Shown here piece after piece: positions 26,005 to 42,577 of a stretch of 64,000 nucleotides of DNA (the first letter of the stretch is position 1; each line of letters starts with the position of its first letter). The translations under genes and the position numbers were made by a program. The stretch is from Psilocybe cubensis. Taxonomy: Eukaryota. The DNA lies in the NCBI GenBank assembly GCA_017499595.2, contig CM038998.1:4588001-4652000 (forward strand). The letters run 5' to 3'. Below the pieces are notes generated by a model, which worked only from the letters and a program-made list of their open reading frames with translations, ran no database searches and was not told the DNA's origin.

Positions 26005-29000
26005 ATGTTCAAGACGCCGCTTCCGACAGAATTATCCCTATTAATCCTTTCATATCTTCCTTTATCGTCAATCAGGTCTTTGATTTTGACCAACACTGAA
26101 TGGGCCGCATTTGTAGACCAAAACCAAAGTACTGTGTATAGAAATGCCGCTGCTGTGGAGGGATATATCGAAGCAAGCGCGAAATTTGTGTATGTGGATG
26201 AGGTCGTCGCCCATCCTGAAGGAAAGCGAGACAATCGGCGTTCATATTCTCAGCATTCCATGAAAGGCGTAGAGGGTTGGCGAAGCTTTTGTAAGTCCAC
26301 CTCGTACATTTGTGGTTTCCGACGCGGTTGACGTACATGTTTCAGGTCAACGGCGAAAACTCGTTGAACGCTCCTGGGCGGGGAGAGCGCCCTCGCGGGT
26401 CGTGCCATCTCCGAGACCTGCGCCCAGTCCGTCAGGGGAGGTTGATGTGCTCGATCCACCGCACTACAAGCGTGTGCATCGCATAAAAGTGGATGAAAAC
26501 GCGGGCATCACGATAGCAACGACGCAGCTTGGAGGGTTATTGGTGCGGGATCTTGAGAGCGATGTGGTGCTTTGGGAGCTTCCGGTGGTACGTTCAACCC
26601 CTATTCGCTGCATTGTATCTGGGTTTACATTCTGACAGTGGTATGTTCGTCAATACGCTCATTTGGAGTATGGACAAGGGTACATGATATTCGACCGCGA
26701 TGACGGGAACAAAGAGGTTTGGAGAAGAATCGCTGACTCAAGCGCGAATGAACAGTTGGAGGATCCAGAATTTGAGCCCAAATCTGCCCCCGACGAGCGC
26801 CAAAAGCACGTCGTGAATTATATCGCACACCTCACGCCTAACTTTCCTCCTGCTAATTCTTCGTCATCAGCCAGCAACTTTAAAGCCCGGTTTGCACCCC
26901 ATGCGGTTCTCCACATGCCGGAGATAACGAGAGCATATCGATATGTGTACCCCACGCTTCTCGTAGCGAGCTTGGAGAGAGCGTATCTATGGGATGTACG
27001 GACAGGGAAGCTACAACAGATGATCTCGGGTATTCAGGTTATCAGTATGCCAGAAGAAGAGGACACACAAGGCCACGAACACGGGAACGATGGCGCAGAG
27101 TCTGATGACGACGACGAAGAAGAGGAAGAGTCTGGGGCAGGTAACCCTGATAACCATATCTCGGCACAACAAGAGCTCATGCCGCATGATATTGACCTGA
27201 TGGACGTTCTCCCGAGGCTCAACCCAGCGCGAATCCTGGATCAATCGTCAGAGCAAGCTGGAGCGAACGGTGATACTGACCCTATTGACGACTCAGAGGA
27301 CGAAGAACTATCTATGACATCTGAAGACGAAGACGAAGCAGTGCAGCTTCCACGTTTCCTTGGGCTCGTGAGGTACGTTGACCTGTCAGAGAGACATGTC
27401 TTCTTCGCAGGCAGGTACCTCTTGCGTATTTTCTCGCGGGAGACAGGAAAATGTGTGATGGACATCCCATCGACAAGGTGGCGGTATGGGAAATGGCGTT
27501 GGGAGATAGCAAGTCGGAAGAGTGCCACTGCTACTGATTTGGACTCATACGAGAAAGCGAAGAAAGAGGAAAGAGAGGCCGTACGCATGCCCGTGCGTTT
27601 TAGTCTGGAAGAGTATCCAAGAGGCGGTGGCAGAGTAGTCATTGACCAGTTTATCGCTGGTGAGTTCTTCAACCGCTTGAGCACTTTGACTACTGTTTAC
27701 TCTTCTACACGTAAATTAACCTTTCACAACTCATTTCCTTGCGTTTAGTTCATGTCTCAAACGACGGGAAACATCTCGTTGGGCTTCTCAGTGGATCAAG
27801 GCTCATAATAATACATAATTTTGAGTCATTTCTAGGCCCCCCGCCAGTCGTTGCCCCACCACCGCCCAGCTCAAAGGGCAAGGAAACCTCAACCTCTACC
27901 TCTACCTCTGCAACTAACTCAAGAAGACCGCAATTATCCAACAGATCCACCGCAAACTCCACTGAAAATGTTCCCCCTATGTCCTTCGATCCCGTTTTTT
28001 TCATGCCTGGATCATTCCCGGGCCCCTTTTCAGGCCCCTCCACATCCACGTCTAATGCTGCTGCCTCATCCTCGTCACAGACTCGGGATGAAGCATCCCG
28101 CGCTCGCATCCGCCGACGAAACGCGCGCAGGAAACGGAGGCAGCGGCATAGGGAAGCGCGTGAAATGCGCCGGCGAGCAAAGGACGCGAAGGACGAGGAG
28201 ATTTTCGAGCACACTATTGACGTTCAGCTCGGCGCGCCTAGTGCTTCGAGTGGGATATATCTTGCGTATGAAAACGGGCGGATTGGAATTGTCACAGTAA
28301 GCCTTTGACTCTCTTTCGATGTCCTTTACGCCAGGCTATATTTTGTTTTCGCGTTGTTACTACTGAGTTACTCATTCACCATGTTCAGTCTAACGCGATT
28401 TACATCGTAATCCCTCCTATTCCCCCGCCACCCTCTGCATCCAACGCATCCACACCGCTCGGCATACGGCGTAACCGAACAATCGACGTCCCAAAACTCG
28501 AAGTGATGCGCTTGCCCTTCTTCTCGAACCCTTCATGGCTCTGCGAAGTGAGCTGTCTGATGATGTCGGACACGGGGCTATTTGTTAATTGGAACCCGCT
28601 TTGGCCGAGGATGGTGGGTGATGAAGTCCAGCTGGCGGAACGCGTGTGGGAGGATGAGGAAGATCAGTCGGAGTTGAACTTGGATGTTGATAGTGACGAT
28701 TATGAACCAATGGAATGGGAACTGGAGGACATGGAATTTGCTGGAGATGGCGATGAGGTCGCTGGTCCCAGTGTGGACCGAAGGTCTGGCGGAAACGCGC
28801 ATCAGATGAGGAATGCTCGTGAAGAGGACAGAGAGGCTGTTGACGCTCTCGTGAGCGAGCTACTTCCACTGAGGCAAAGACGTGACCCTGAATGGCAGAG
28901 GCAGCACCAAGACAACCGTCAAGAAGAAATGATGCGTCAGTGGGAGCGGGAATACGAAGATGATTTACTTCATTACGAACTATCAGAGAATGAGCGGTAT

Positions 29001-29232
29001 CATCGTGAGTGCTATAATTTTTTAATTGTTCGTGACGAGATTTTAACCGACATTGTATCATCAGTCTTCCCTAATGGCGATATGTTTGTTACTCCTCGTC
29101 AAAGAGGCATGTATACTTCGTTTTGATGTTGGCCCCAGTGCAATTCTCAATTCTCACTTGCCAGATGTTGTGGAATCTGAAGTATCTACTATATATCGTG
29201 TGGACTTCGCGCCTTATTCCAATGGGGCGTAA
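26005..29232 (+). CDS. F-box protein with a beta-rich C-terminal region and acidic/disordered insertions
   Basis: N-terminal LPTELSLLILSYLPLSSIRSL (F-box), then VHRIKVDE, HLEYGQGYMIF, YRYVYPTLLV, VRYVDLSERHVF and VSCLMMSDTGLF across several exons. Ends VDFAPYSNGA*. Confidence 0.8.
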
Positions 29233-30038
29233 ATGAAGATGAAGCACAATTTATATTATCCAAACCGCTACAACAGTGAGTCGATTTTGTTTCAACAATT
29301 CGTATACAGAACCGTAGTGATAATCATTATATCCTCAGATTGTATGACAGAGCCCCCATGCATTCCCTGTATTTTGAACAAATTCTTGTCATTGTCAATA
29401 AACATCATACGCTGTTTATGGACTAATAATCCTCAATTGCTACGTGCAGATCAGGTGCGCATGACTCAGAAGAATAGGAGTTCTTTCTTAGATTATGCAT
29501 TAAACCCTGTCTGCGGTTCTTTTGGGCCGTGATAGCGTCAATCTGGCACAAAGTCCCGATTCCCGCATGTTCTTTCATTGATCCTGTAGGTAAAGATGCC
29601 TACGAATATACTGTGGGGTGGCAGACACGTTGCCATAAGTCGACATGACTCCCATCCCAGTGTATGTAATGGGACGGCGCTTTCGGGACGTTTTTAACAA
29701 GTTTAAGTAACCTCTCTCAACATTGTCCACAACGTCGTGCAAGCGATGGGAGTCGACGGGAGATAGTCAGGGAATAATGCCAGTAAGACAGCCGACGGGT
29801 CGTATTGCCGGGTCTCAAGCATGCGTTCCATCCACTGCAACTCCACTGAATGTCATGGTTGTCCTGCGCTTGAGAAAAAAGTGATGATCAATACCTCGGC
29901 CATGAATTTGTGCCCGAGGCAGGTTTCGTTTTTGGGTTCTATATAACTGACAGCGCCTTAGGAGCTCCGAGAAGGCTGTCGCAGTGTTGCTTTCTTTCCT
30001 GCCCGCTACATTGTAACTGCCTACACTGCGACGGAAAA

Positions 30039-32330
30039 ATGGCCTCCACTGGATCTGTCAGTATGCAGGGCTCGGAGAAAGAAGATACGACTTCGTCTCT
30101 AGATAACAAAGCTTCTGAATCTGTTAAATCGAGTCGTATTCATGTTCAAGAGGTTTTGAATGAATATCATATCAACACCACCGCCACCAGTGGGGCTTTC
30201 CCTGAAGGAGGATACCGTGCCTGGTGCGCTGTTATTGGAGGGTCAGTCCAGATACTCTCCCGGTCATCATATAATAACATATTCTGTCAAATTTCGTCGG
30301 GGCCCTTGATATCGCTGATGACAGATTCTTGATCCAGTTTTGTTGCTTTGGGTGAGGAACAAATCCTTGAGATATTCTTACTTTTGCTTTGTTGCTGGAC
30401 GCTGAGGATTATCTTTGACAGGTACATCAACTCTTTCGGTGTCTATCAAGACTTTTATGTCCGTAGATATCTGTCGGCCGTCTCACCAAGCAATATTGGG
30501 TATTTGGCCCTCCTGATTGCAGTCATGCATATTATCTTACTGCAGTGCCATACGCAAGGTGGATTGGAGGCGTCCAGATTTGTCTAACGTTTTCGTTAGG
30601 TGCTATCACCGGCAGGATATTTGACAGAGGCTACTGGTGAGCAATGCGCTGTTTCTTTCTTCCGGGAAGACTTTAGACTTAAGCCGGGGGGTAACACTCA
30701 GCAAGGCCTTGATGATCAGTTGCACTCTCGTTTACGCGTTGTCGTGTAAGTTACCTTTATAGTAAAAATAGAGCTTCGATTTGGTTTGCTTACTTGTTCT
30801 GTATTCGGCAGTGTTCACGCTCTCGCTGTCTCACGAAAACTCGTATTATCAGGTATAACATACATTCCGACAAATTTCGCTGCTTCGGTATTGACACTGC
30901 TTTGAAGGTCTTTTTGACAAATGGCATTGGACTGGGAACGGCATCTGGGTTGACATATACATCGAGTGAGCCAACCAACCCATTCCCAAATTTGATCTCT
31001 CTGCTTAAACGTTTAAACATCGCAAGGCTTTGCTTTGATCGGCCATTACTTCTCAAAAAGAAGGTCACTTGCAGTAGGAATTGTATCGTCAGGTTCAGCA
31101 ATAGGTGATTGAACTCTCCACCATATCAATCAACGCACACAAGCGTTCCACCTCGAGGCTAAAACTAAAATTTAATTACACACAGGCGCGATTCTCCATC
31201 CCATCCTCGTCAACCGCCTCATCAATGGCCGCGTCGGATTCCACAACGGCGTCCGCATAAGCGCGTCCATCAACGTCGCACTGCTTATCATCGCAACGTG
31301 CATCCTCAAGACCCGGCTACCACCGAAAACGAACCAGACGTTCCCCGTGAAGAAGTGGATGCGCGAGCCGCCATATCTTGCTATTATGATTGCGTCAGTA
31401 TTTTTTCACTTCTTATCACGTTGGAATTTGTTGGCTTGTTGGTATTAGAGTGTGTAAGCTGATGTGAATGATCTGAAGATGCGTGTTTTGCTTTGCGGGA
31501 TTGTTTTTCCCTGTGTTTTATTTGCAGCTGGATGCCATTAAACACGGTGTGCCCACACACCTCGCATTTTACGCCGTTAGTATTTTATCAACTCCCCAAT
31601 ATCCTTTCGAAGTTCCACGGGATATTCAGTGCTAACACATGTCCCTGGACCAGTTATCCATCCTGAATGCAGCCAGCTTCTTTGGACGAATCATCCCCTC
31701 GTTCCTCGCGCCCAGATTCGGCGTCTTTAACCTCGGGGCGATCTTTACGACAGTAACGGGCGTGCTTATCCTCTGTATGGCGTTCATGAAAGATCTGACT
31801 GGCACAGTCCTCTTCGCTGTGTTTTTTGGACTTTGCTCGGGAGCGTCCGTGGCCCTCACGCCGTCTTTGCTAGGTATATTTTATGAGCCTTGATTGGGGT
31901 TAGGTATTGACTGGGTTTGTGGTGATTTAGCTTGTACTGCGAAGGATATGAATGAGGTTGGGACGAGGATGGGGTTGTATTTTGGGTTAGGCGGTGAGTG
32001 AGATAAGGTTGCTTCATTCAGTATAAGACTTGAATTGAAAGCCGCCAAATGTATAGGTATCCTGGGTCTGTTTGGTATGTCAATCCGAATTGCACTGCTT
32101 CAGGGCGTCTAATATCTCTTGCAAATTCAGCGACACCGATATCGGGTGCTCTGCTAACTAACGAGTACCACTGGGTCCATGCTATTTTGTTTTCAGGCGT
32201 GAGTGTTCGTGCTACTTTCCAAAGTGTACTCTCTCAAAATGTCGGATAGCTTACTATGACCGTGGGTGGTCTATTTTTTGGAGTATCGAGGACGTACTTT
32301 GCCAGGCTAAAAGGGACGCATTGGGTTTGA
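30039..32330 (+). CDS. MFS transporter, monocarboxylate porter (MCT/MCH-like) family
   Basis: FPEGGYRAW, GYINSFGVYQDFY, GRIFDRG, LSILNAASFFGRIIP, EVGTRMG and TPISGALL; many short exons. Confidence 0.88.
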
Positions 32331-32445
32331 AAAATCTCATATAGATTGGTAATGAACATTGCATAGTTATTACGACCTGTTCCATTCTGCACAAAGCATA
32401 ACCTCCATGTACAACCAAGATATTTAACTTCCATTAAGATGGGCG

Positions 32446-33706
32446 CTAAACGTTAAGGAAGGAGATCAGGGCATCAAAATACCTGAAACCCAGGAATCAG
32501 AGTTAATCGAAGCACTGCTGAAGAGAGAAATTACCTGTCGGGCGCTTCGTACATAGCGACATGCGAACACCCCGGGATATCAACCCATTTGACTTTGGGG
32601 ATGTGCTCAAAAAATGGCATGTATGCAACAGGCTGGATCTCGTCTTGCGGTGAGGATAGGAGGAGAGTGGGGACGGATATTTGGGCTAGAGAGGGGATGA
32701 TGGACCAATCCTTGAGGTTTCCTGTGAGCTGGAACTCGAGCGTCCCCCACCTAAAAACAGTATAAACTGAGATTTTGAAGGGAATCCGAGCAGGAAGGGC
32801 ATCCTCACAAAGCAAGATAGACTGTCTGATCCTTCTTGTATTCCTCAAATGAATCTACAAGCCCTTGTGGCCACGGGTCCAAAGCGCAAATATGCTTCTT
32901 CTGGAATACCTCCAGTGTCTTTTGATAGTCTAAGTCCTGGAGCGTACCGGCTGCCTCGTTTGAGCGCACGATCTCTGCTGCGTTTCCTGGGAGGAGATCG
33001 AGGAGGTCGTTGAATCCTTGCATCATAAGAGGGCCCGAGGCGGGTGAGTTGGCAATTATCAAGCGGTGCAAACCTGATGGGATGCGGATGGATGCATATG
33101 CGGATGCTAGCATACCTGATACAGCAAGTTAGCTACACTATGGAGGAAAAATACAAGTAAACGTGTCTATCATACCTCCCCAGGAATGCCCTAGCAAGTC
33201 GAAGTTATCTTGGATTCCGAGGTGTTTTAGTAAATTTTCGAGCTCGTTCATGAATAACTCCAAGGTCCAGAACTCTGTTGGGGCGTCGCGGATATGCGAC
33301 GATGCACCATTGCCAATTTGGTCGTATAAGACGACAGGGATACTGGTAAATTTCAACGTCCCAATGTCAAACCAATATAATGCCTGGGTCAATAATTGAT
33401 TCTGACCAAGCACTCACCCGGAACGAGAGTAAAGCTCCTTGTTAGGGCTTCAAGTTTATCAATCAATCATCCACCATGTCACAATAGACGCTCACTGCGT
33501 CCTGGAATGATATAGGTATGCAGAATGAAAGAAACGTACATCATGTAGTGGTGCGAGAACCCAGGTCCCCCGTGTAATCCCACCAACGGCCTTCGCTTCC
33601 CCAGGTTTCTCAAATCGCCATATATAATGTAGAATGTCTGGTACGTCTTTCCGTCGACGACAAAGTCGGCTAGTCCGCTAGTCGTTGGAATATCTTCTGT
33701 TGTCAT
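32446..33706 (-). CDS. Proline iminopeptidase / L-amino acid amidase-like alpha/beta hydrolase
   Basis: LHGGPG, YDQIGNG, nucleophile GHSWGG, acid QDE and His in CSHVA. Confidence 0.9.
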
Positions 33707-34601
33707 CCTCGTTCACTGGAAATCAGGAGACAATGCTCGCGTTCTCAGGTCGGTTCTTTCGTTGGACTGCGGTATTCTTGATAAGCATTGCATGCTGTGA
33801 ATGTGTACTGATTAGCATGTGCTGCAAATGTGGAATCCTGTGGGATCCACTTATGCTGATTGATCATTTATATAAGACATCTTATCAGGATTGACCCGGG
33901 AATACGTTGCACGTCGGGATATTCAGAAAATAGAGTTCCCACGTCGAAGTAGGTAATCAAACGTTGCAACATACTGGAACTATATCAAGTTTCTTATATT
34001 TCACATTGAAAGGAACCTCATATCAGTAAACCCCTGCCATTTTACTGATATGATGTTCCTTTCAATCTGAAATATAAAGCACCTTTGTATGTGGTAGGAA
34101 ACTTAAAATATTTAGCACCATTATATTTCAAACAAATGTGAAAGACGGATGGCCCAATATATTTCAAGTATGTTGTTTGTAGGAATTCTATATTCTGAAT
34201 ATCCCGCCGTGTTGTCCTGACCTATTTTCCCCGCTTGGGACCGGCCGAATGCGTCGAATTCCCCGCATATTCTCGGACCTCCTTTCTGGCCATCTGATGG
34301 CGCTTTGCCGGCTCGGCGACCCCTCCTCCAAAGAAATTCCGTCTCGGGTCAAGTCTATTCCTCGAATCTCGAACGCTGGTTGGCATTCGGTTCATGGCGG
34401 TCAATGTTATAAGTAGCTCTGCGGAGGGCTCATGCCAGCTCATTGCCTTCCCTTTTTCTTTCGACTTGTTTCTGTTTCGCTTTGTCTCGACTCCCACCCC
34501 ACCACGATCGTCAGTTGTGATTCCGTACTCCACCCAACAAGTCTCTCCACGGGTTCGACCTAACTACCAGAGCTCTATCTCACATATTCTTTCAATCTAC
34601 G

Positions 34602-37291
<2,690 letters not shown>

Positions 37292-38408
37292 ACTTGAATA
37301 TACATGAAGCGAGGAGGAAGAAGAAGACTCGATAGTCGATGAACGTCGAGGATAAAAAATGTGTTGTGTTTTTTTGTATTAGCCGCATTGTAAATTAGGC
37401 CCCCTTCAAATAAAGTCGTATCGCGAAATTGTATATGAACTTCAGTGACCTTCACAGAGACATCGTAACATCATAATAGCATTGTGCATGCTGTCGATGG
37501 TACGTAAAAGGCTCCCTTTGGCCTGAAGATGGTCTATTACTAGTGCTGGATTGGATTAATGACACAGGCATCACAGGTGTCCTCTGAGATGATATACCCT
37601 TTCGGTACTTACTACATATTATTAAATCGAGGACTTCGTGCGGCTCTCCGAGGTTGAAGGTGACTATATACGCGTTAGAAGGCCTTCTTTTTCTTGGAAT
37701 GAGCCATCATGGACGTGTTTCAAGTTGAATCTGGACTATTCACCTCTTTAATGAAAATGACAGAGCTAAAGGATACTCGACACAGGCTTGTCGATGTCTT
37801 CATTTGTTCCACTTGAAGTAAACCACAAGCACCCTACAGGTTTATACGGATTTCCGCTGACTTTGGCCCTCAAATTCGCCAAACCGGACACACGTTCGCA
37901 CAACCTTACCATATATAGTAAGTTTTTTGCACCCATGTTACTAAATTTTGATAGTATCCTTTGCAATTAAAGAAGACTTCTGTGTGGAAAGTATATTTTG
38001 ATCTGGTAGCATTTCCAAACCTGGCATTTTTGCCGAACAAGTCCCTCGGGTTTCTTGAAGTAGGTTACACCAAGAAATGGTTCTGAACTTGGAATCATGA
38101 GATTCGGAAGACCCTCTCTAGTTTATTTTTATGGCCTAGAATAAATCATAGATATTAGATAGTAATTATTCGCCTTGGTGTCCCTTCTCACCTAGAGTCC
38201 TTGTCTGGATCATTCAGTCAACTTTGGCTCACACAGGGTTAACACAATCCTAGAATAGTTACATAATGTTGCAAGTATATAAACTCCCTTCTCATATCAC
38301 CTCTATATCCAGTTGTTCTCTAAATCCGCCAAGCAAAACAAGGTATCTTTGCAATACATGTATTTGCGAGTGTTTTCAGTCATCTAACATCTTATCACTG
38401 GATGCAGT

Positions 38409-38833
38409 ATGAGCTACACGATCGCCACCCGTACCTACCAAACAAACACCAACGCTTTCTTCAAACCTGTCGAAAAACGCTATGGATAACTGGAGCATGG
38501 ACCCCTGATTCCGCAGGAGAAACTACCCTTACAATGGGCAGCAGCGGGAATTCCGGCATGCTAAGTTTCGTTTCTGATACTGGAGAGAACATTGCCGTCG
38601 TCGTCGGCGTCCACAACTATGTCAGGTGGTGCGACATTATCACCGATATTCCTGATAACCAGACCGCCGCTTTTATCCATCCTCTTTAATATCAAGATGG
38701 AACGACGCAGAATGCCCAACTCTCGAAGCAGCTCGCCGCGTGTAGTGCGACTACGAGAAACGGGAGGAGAATCACCGTCACGTACACTGTTGCTACTGGA
38801 AACAACCTCAGCGCAAACATTGTTATTGGATAG
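38409..38833 (+). pseudogene. Fungal fruit-body lectin (ABL/XCL actinoporin-like family) pseudogene
   Basis: MSYTIATRTYQTNTNAFFKPVEK, then a frameshift in the A5 run at 38473-38477. The next frame gives LTMGSSGNSGML...VVGVHNYVRWCDI...IHPL, an in-frame TAA at 38687-38689, and YQDG...ITVTYTVATGNNLSANIVIG*. Confidence 0.85.
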
Positions 38834-39118
38834 ATACTAATATGCGTAAGCAGACTCCGTGACATATCCTCTGCAGATAAAAAACCCGACAAATTATATC
38901 TTACTCACCTTTTCTCACCCAGTTTACAATCATCTTTCATCGACGTGATAGTAGTGAACTACGACTGTTGTAAATTGTCTAAAGCTTGTTGATTTCTTTT
39001 ACAATTCATGCAATGAATAGTATTAAAATCCTTAAGTCAATAATATGCGTGTTCCGTAAGAAATTAAGGTCATTTTAATACAGTACTATTTTACACTGTC
39101 ATTCAGGAGGCTTAGCCA

Positions 39119-39871
39119 TTATTCCTGATTTGTCACGCTGAGAATGAAGTCCCAGTGTCCGTCTGTCCCAGACTTGACTTTCAGTCCGACGTACATCCTC
39201 CCTGGCAGGAAATCGATTCTTCGAAGACCGACCTCAGGTGATCCGATTGGGATCGACAGAGCTCTCTCCCTATATCTCTCAGAAATGGACATCTGCTCAC
39301 TTCGTTTTCTGCTGTGATACGATTCACCAGTAACCTTCTTTTGAAGGTGATTATGGATAGCCAATAGCACTTGCTTGACTTTTAGCTCTTCCGTATCTGA
39401 GATTAGAAGTGGCCAGTCTGCGAGATCGTCGTGTACCACTTGCATTTGGCGAATGGGTTCGCCAGAGGGCAACGTTCCAACAGGGTCGTCACCTCCATTA
39501 TCTCGAAGAAGGCTGATTAATTTATCCGGTTTTTCATTCATATCCCATTGCATTGGGTGAGCGGATACGAGAACCGGATTGAGTTTGGGCATCGCTGAAG
39601 TATTGAGCGCCGATGGTTCTCTGACAGAAAAATGTCTTGACCCAGACGGTCCTGGAAACGGATGACCCGGGGGAGGAGTGAGAGGTCCAATGCTTGAGTC
39701 TAGCGTTGATTCTGAAAATGTAGGCGATGGAGTGGGTGTAATGGGAGGTGGTGATTGCAGCGGAGTAGAAACACCTTCACCATCGGTCTCTTCCATATCG
39801 TCGTTCTCGTCCTCTAAGTCTACATCATCGAGGCTAAAACGAACTGATTTTTCGGCCGAGGCACTAGGCAT
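39119..39871 (-). CDS. Hypothetical protein with Pro/Ser-rich N-terminus and a conserved Agaricomycete C-terminal domain (DUF6699-like)
   Basis: 250-aa single ORF with LNPVL...MQWDM, LKVKQVLLAIHNHLQ and GLRRIDFL. The family assignment is from memory. Confidence 0.65.
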   Translation of the reverse strand: MPSASAEKSVRFSLDDVDLEDENDDMEETDGEGVSTPLQSPPPITPTPSPTFSESTLDSSIGPLTPPPGHPFPGPSGSRHFSVREPSALNTSAMPKLNPVLVSAHPMQWDMNEKPDKLISLLRDNGGDDPVGTLPSGEPIRQMQVVHDDLADWPLLISDTEELKVKQVLLAIHNHLQKKVTGESYHSRKRSEQMSISERYRERALSIPIGSPEVGLRRIDFLPGRMYVGLKVKSGTDGHWDFILSVTNQE

Positions 39872-40802
39872 TATTTATGTGCACCGCTATCGACAATGTT
39901 AATTGGGATGAAACAGAATCATGATGATGACTGTCTGCACACCTGGAAGTCTAACTGCGTGTGGTGAGTATCAAACGATATTGAGAATGTAAATCTTACT
40001 CGGTAAATGATTGGGGGAGAAGAAGATAGCACTTGCATAGAATCCATTCCATTCCATTGTCTGTATCATTTTTATATCATAATCCCTCCACATCCCCGAC
40101 GCGGCTGTGTTCCTACTATAGCATAGGTCGGATCATTTGGACCCAAGTAGGGGTTGACAGCCAGTGAGTCACAGATATCATACGTACTGTGCACCACTAA
40201 CAAAGTTGTAGTACAGCAAAAAGCCTGAGCAAGCCTATATTACAATAGTGAGCAACTGCCGACGCGGCGGCACTGAGCGTCACGCTGACTGGTCGGTCGC
40301 CCATTCGGTGCTAGATGCTCATGTATTTCCCACGAGCGGGCGCTGGGCGCTTGAGCGTTTTCGCATTGTTTGACAGGCGGCCTTACTGGTTGGACAAAGT
40401 CACAGCGCTATTGTCTTGAAAGAAACTGATATAATTTGGCCGCATTTATACCCTCTCGGTGGCGTGACGAAGGTGAACGCGTATCGCAAACTATCAGCTG
40501 AGCAAATTGGAGTATTTTTGCTCTTTTTTCCGACACTCCCCAAAGAATATGATATAGTAACGTGTAGGGAGATATCACCTCTACACATAGCGTCTAATTC
40601 GACAGTCCAATGCATTAGAATGATAGCTTGATCCTGACGTAATCTGTATTGTGGCTCATAGCAGATGATCTGTTGACTCACCCAAGTATATATTACCTTC
40701 CAGAACCTTCGATTATATCTGGTACATTACCCTGATACTGTTTTTAACATATTCACTTTACTAAATAATTTGGAGACGATGATAACAGCCTTAGCTGCTA
40801 GT

Positions 40803-41275
40803 TGAAGCCTTCATACCTGGCAGTTTCCAGGTGTATGGGAAGTATCTACGCTGGCAACTGCCAGGTGCCACAATTGAAGTCTTCAGCTGGGCAATGGTCA
40901 ATACGGCCAAACAAACCCCAAACACAGTGAGCGGGGCCCCGCCGGGCGCGAAAAATGGCGTAGCTCGTTGTTCGGGGGGCCGTTTGGGGCGGGAAAAAAT
41001 GCGTTGGGGTCGGTTCGATGAGCAGACCACGTCGGCATTGTTTGCGCGACGTTATGGACAGCGGGCGGGGTGGATGGGGCGGGGCGACGTTGGATGACGC
41101 CCGCATTATTTCTGGGTGATTTCCCGATTCGGGTTGCAGATCATTGATGTGTTGATGTGATCAAATTGATCATCACCATCAATCCCATCACGCCGCGGCC
41201 ATCGATTCAGCCAGCGCATGCACCGTGCGCGCGCGCGCGTTGAAAACGCGCACTGCTCGTTGTCCTGTAAGTCTT
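40803..41275 (+). repeat. Left inverted arm (473 bp, GC/CpG-rich)
   Basis: Its reverse complement matches 42578-42899 plus 50740-50893. The ORF track also shows the same MRASSNVAPPHPPRP... peptide on opposite strands. Confidence 0.95.
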
Positions 41276-42577
41276 CCAGCGCGGATAAAGCATCGAAGTA
41301 ACCTGTACAGGTATGCGACAGAGGTATATGGTAATATAGACCCATACCTACGGAGTTCAGCCAGTCTCCCGTGGGTAATTGCCTTGGATAGGCTTGGGGA
41401 AGCAGAGGCATATGATACCTTGACTAGCAGAAGTGCTGAGTAGACAACTTATTTATCTCAACCTATAGTCTACTAATGTCACTTAAAGCCTGGATCTTGT
41501 GTATGTAGTCATGTATACCAAAATTATTGTAAGAAATCTGATGTAAAATGCATTTGCTGCTGCTTCGCAAGTATCAATGATGCAAAAACAAAGGGTCACT
41601 GATTACTTTCCCATTCTAATGAACTCCAGGTCAAATAAAAGGGTATATAAGTAACGAAACAAATATACTGGTCATTCATATTAGAAGTACAAAGATTAAA
41701 ACAGTGTTATATTTGCTGTTTCACTCAATATCAACACGTACACGGTCTCGGAATCTAGTTTGGTGATCTCGGATTCAATTTTTTTGATGTATTTCTGAAA
41801 TTCTGGACGCAGTTCTGAAGATTACGTTAAGAAAAAGGTACCAACATGTAGCTGGTTTAAAACTAAATCAAAATGCATACACTTTATAGTGTGTGTTGTA
41901 TTTTGCCACATGGTGATCTTTGTGGACAAATTTATGGTTTTAGTGGTTTATGAGGTTGGCCTTCCGAGCTTGAAGCACACCTTTTGAGGCATCCATTTTT
42001 TTTTCACCGTATATTTGGATATAGAATGATTTTACATTATTTTAGCAATAATTCTTTTTGCAACTTCAACATGAAGATGTATCCCAATTGAATATTTACT
42101 TTTGGAATTGACGTAGAAAAAGCGTCCGGAAAGGTGGCTATTTTTAGATATTGACATAAAAAAGTGTTCTCGAGATGCTTTACAGTTGTGCATAAGAATA
42201 TACATATATAGCAACATCTGTTTAACTTTCTTAACGACATACAAAGAAATATAGCATCCACAGGAAGGGCACGACAAGTGCCAGTCAATATAGCAGCAGC
42301 AACATTCATCAAAGTCCATCACATGAACTGTATTTGACAAGTATTAAGAAATTACTCAGGTATTGATCATCTTATTGCTATGTTTTCTAATCCATAGCCA
42401 CTCAAAATATGTGCGGTGTCCATCAACTATCTAGAAACATGTAAAGATACCAGTGCTGTGTTGCATAATGCATTGTGATCCTTTGGATATCTCATTGGTT
42501 TGATTTGGTGAGCATACGGCGTCGCAGGACGTCACTCTATTAGTAATATTATGTCTCAGAACAACACCTCTGCGCGA

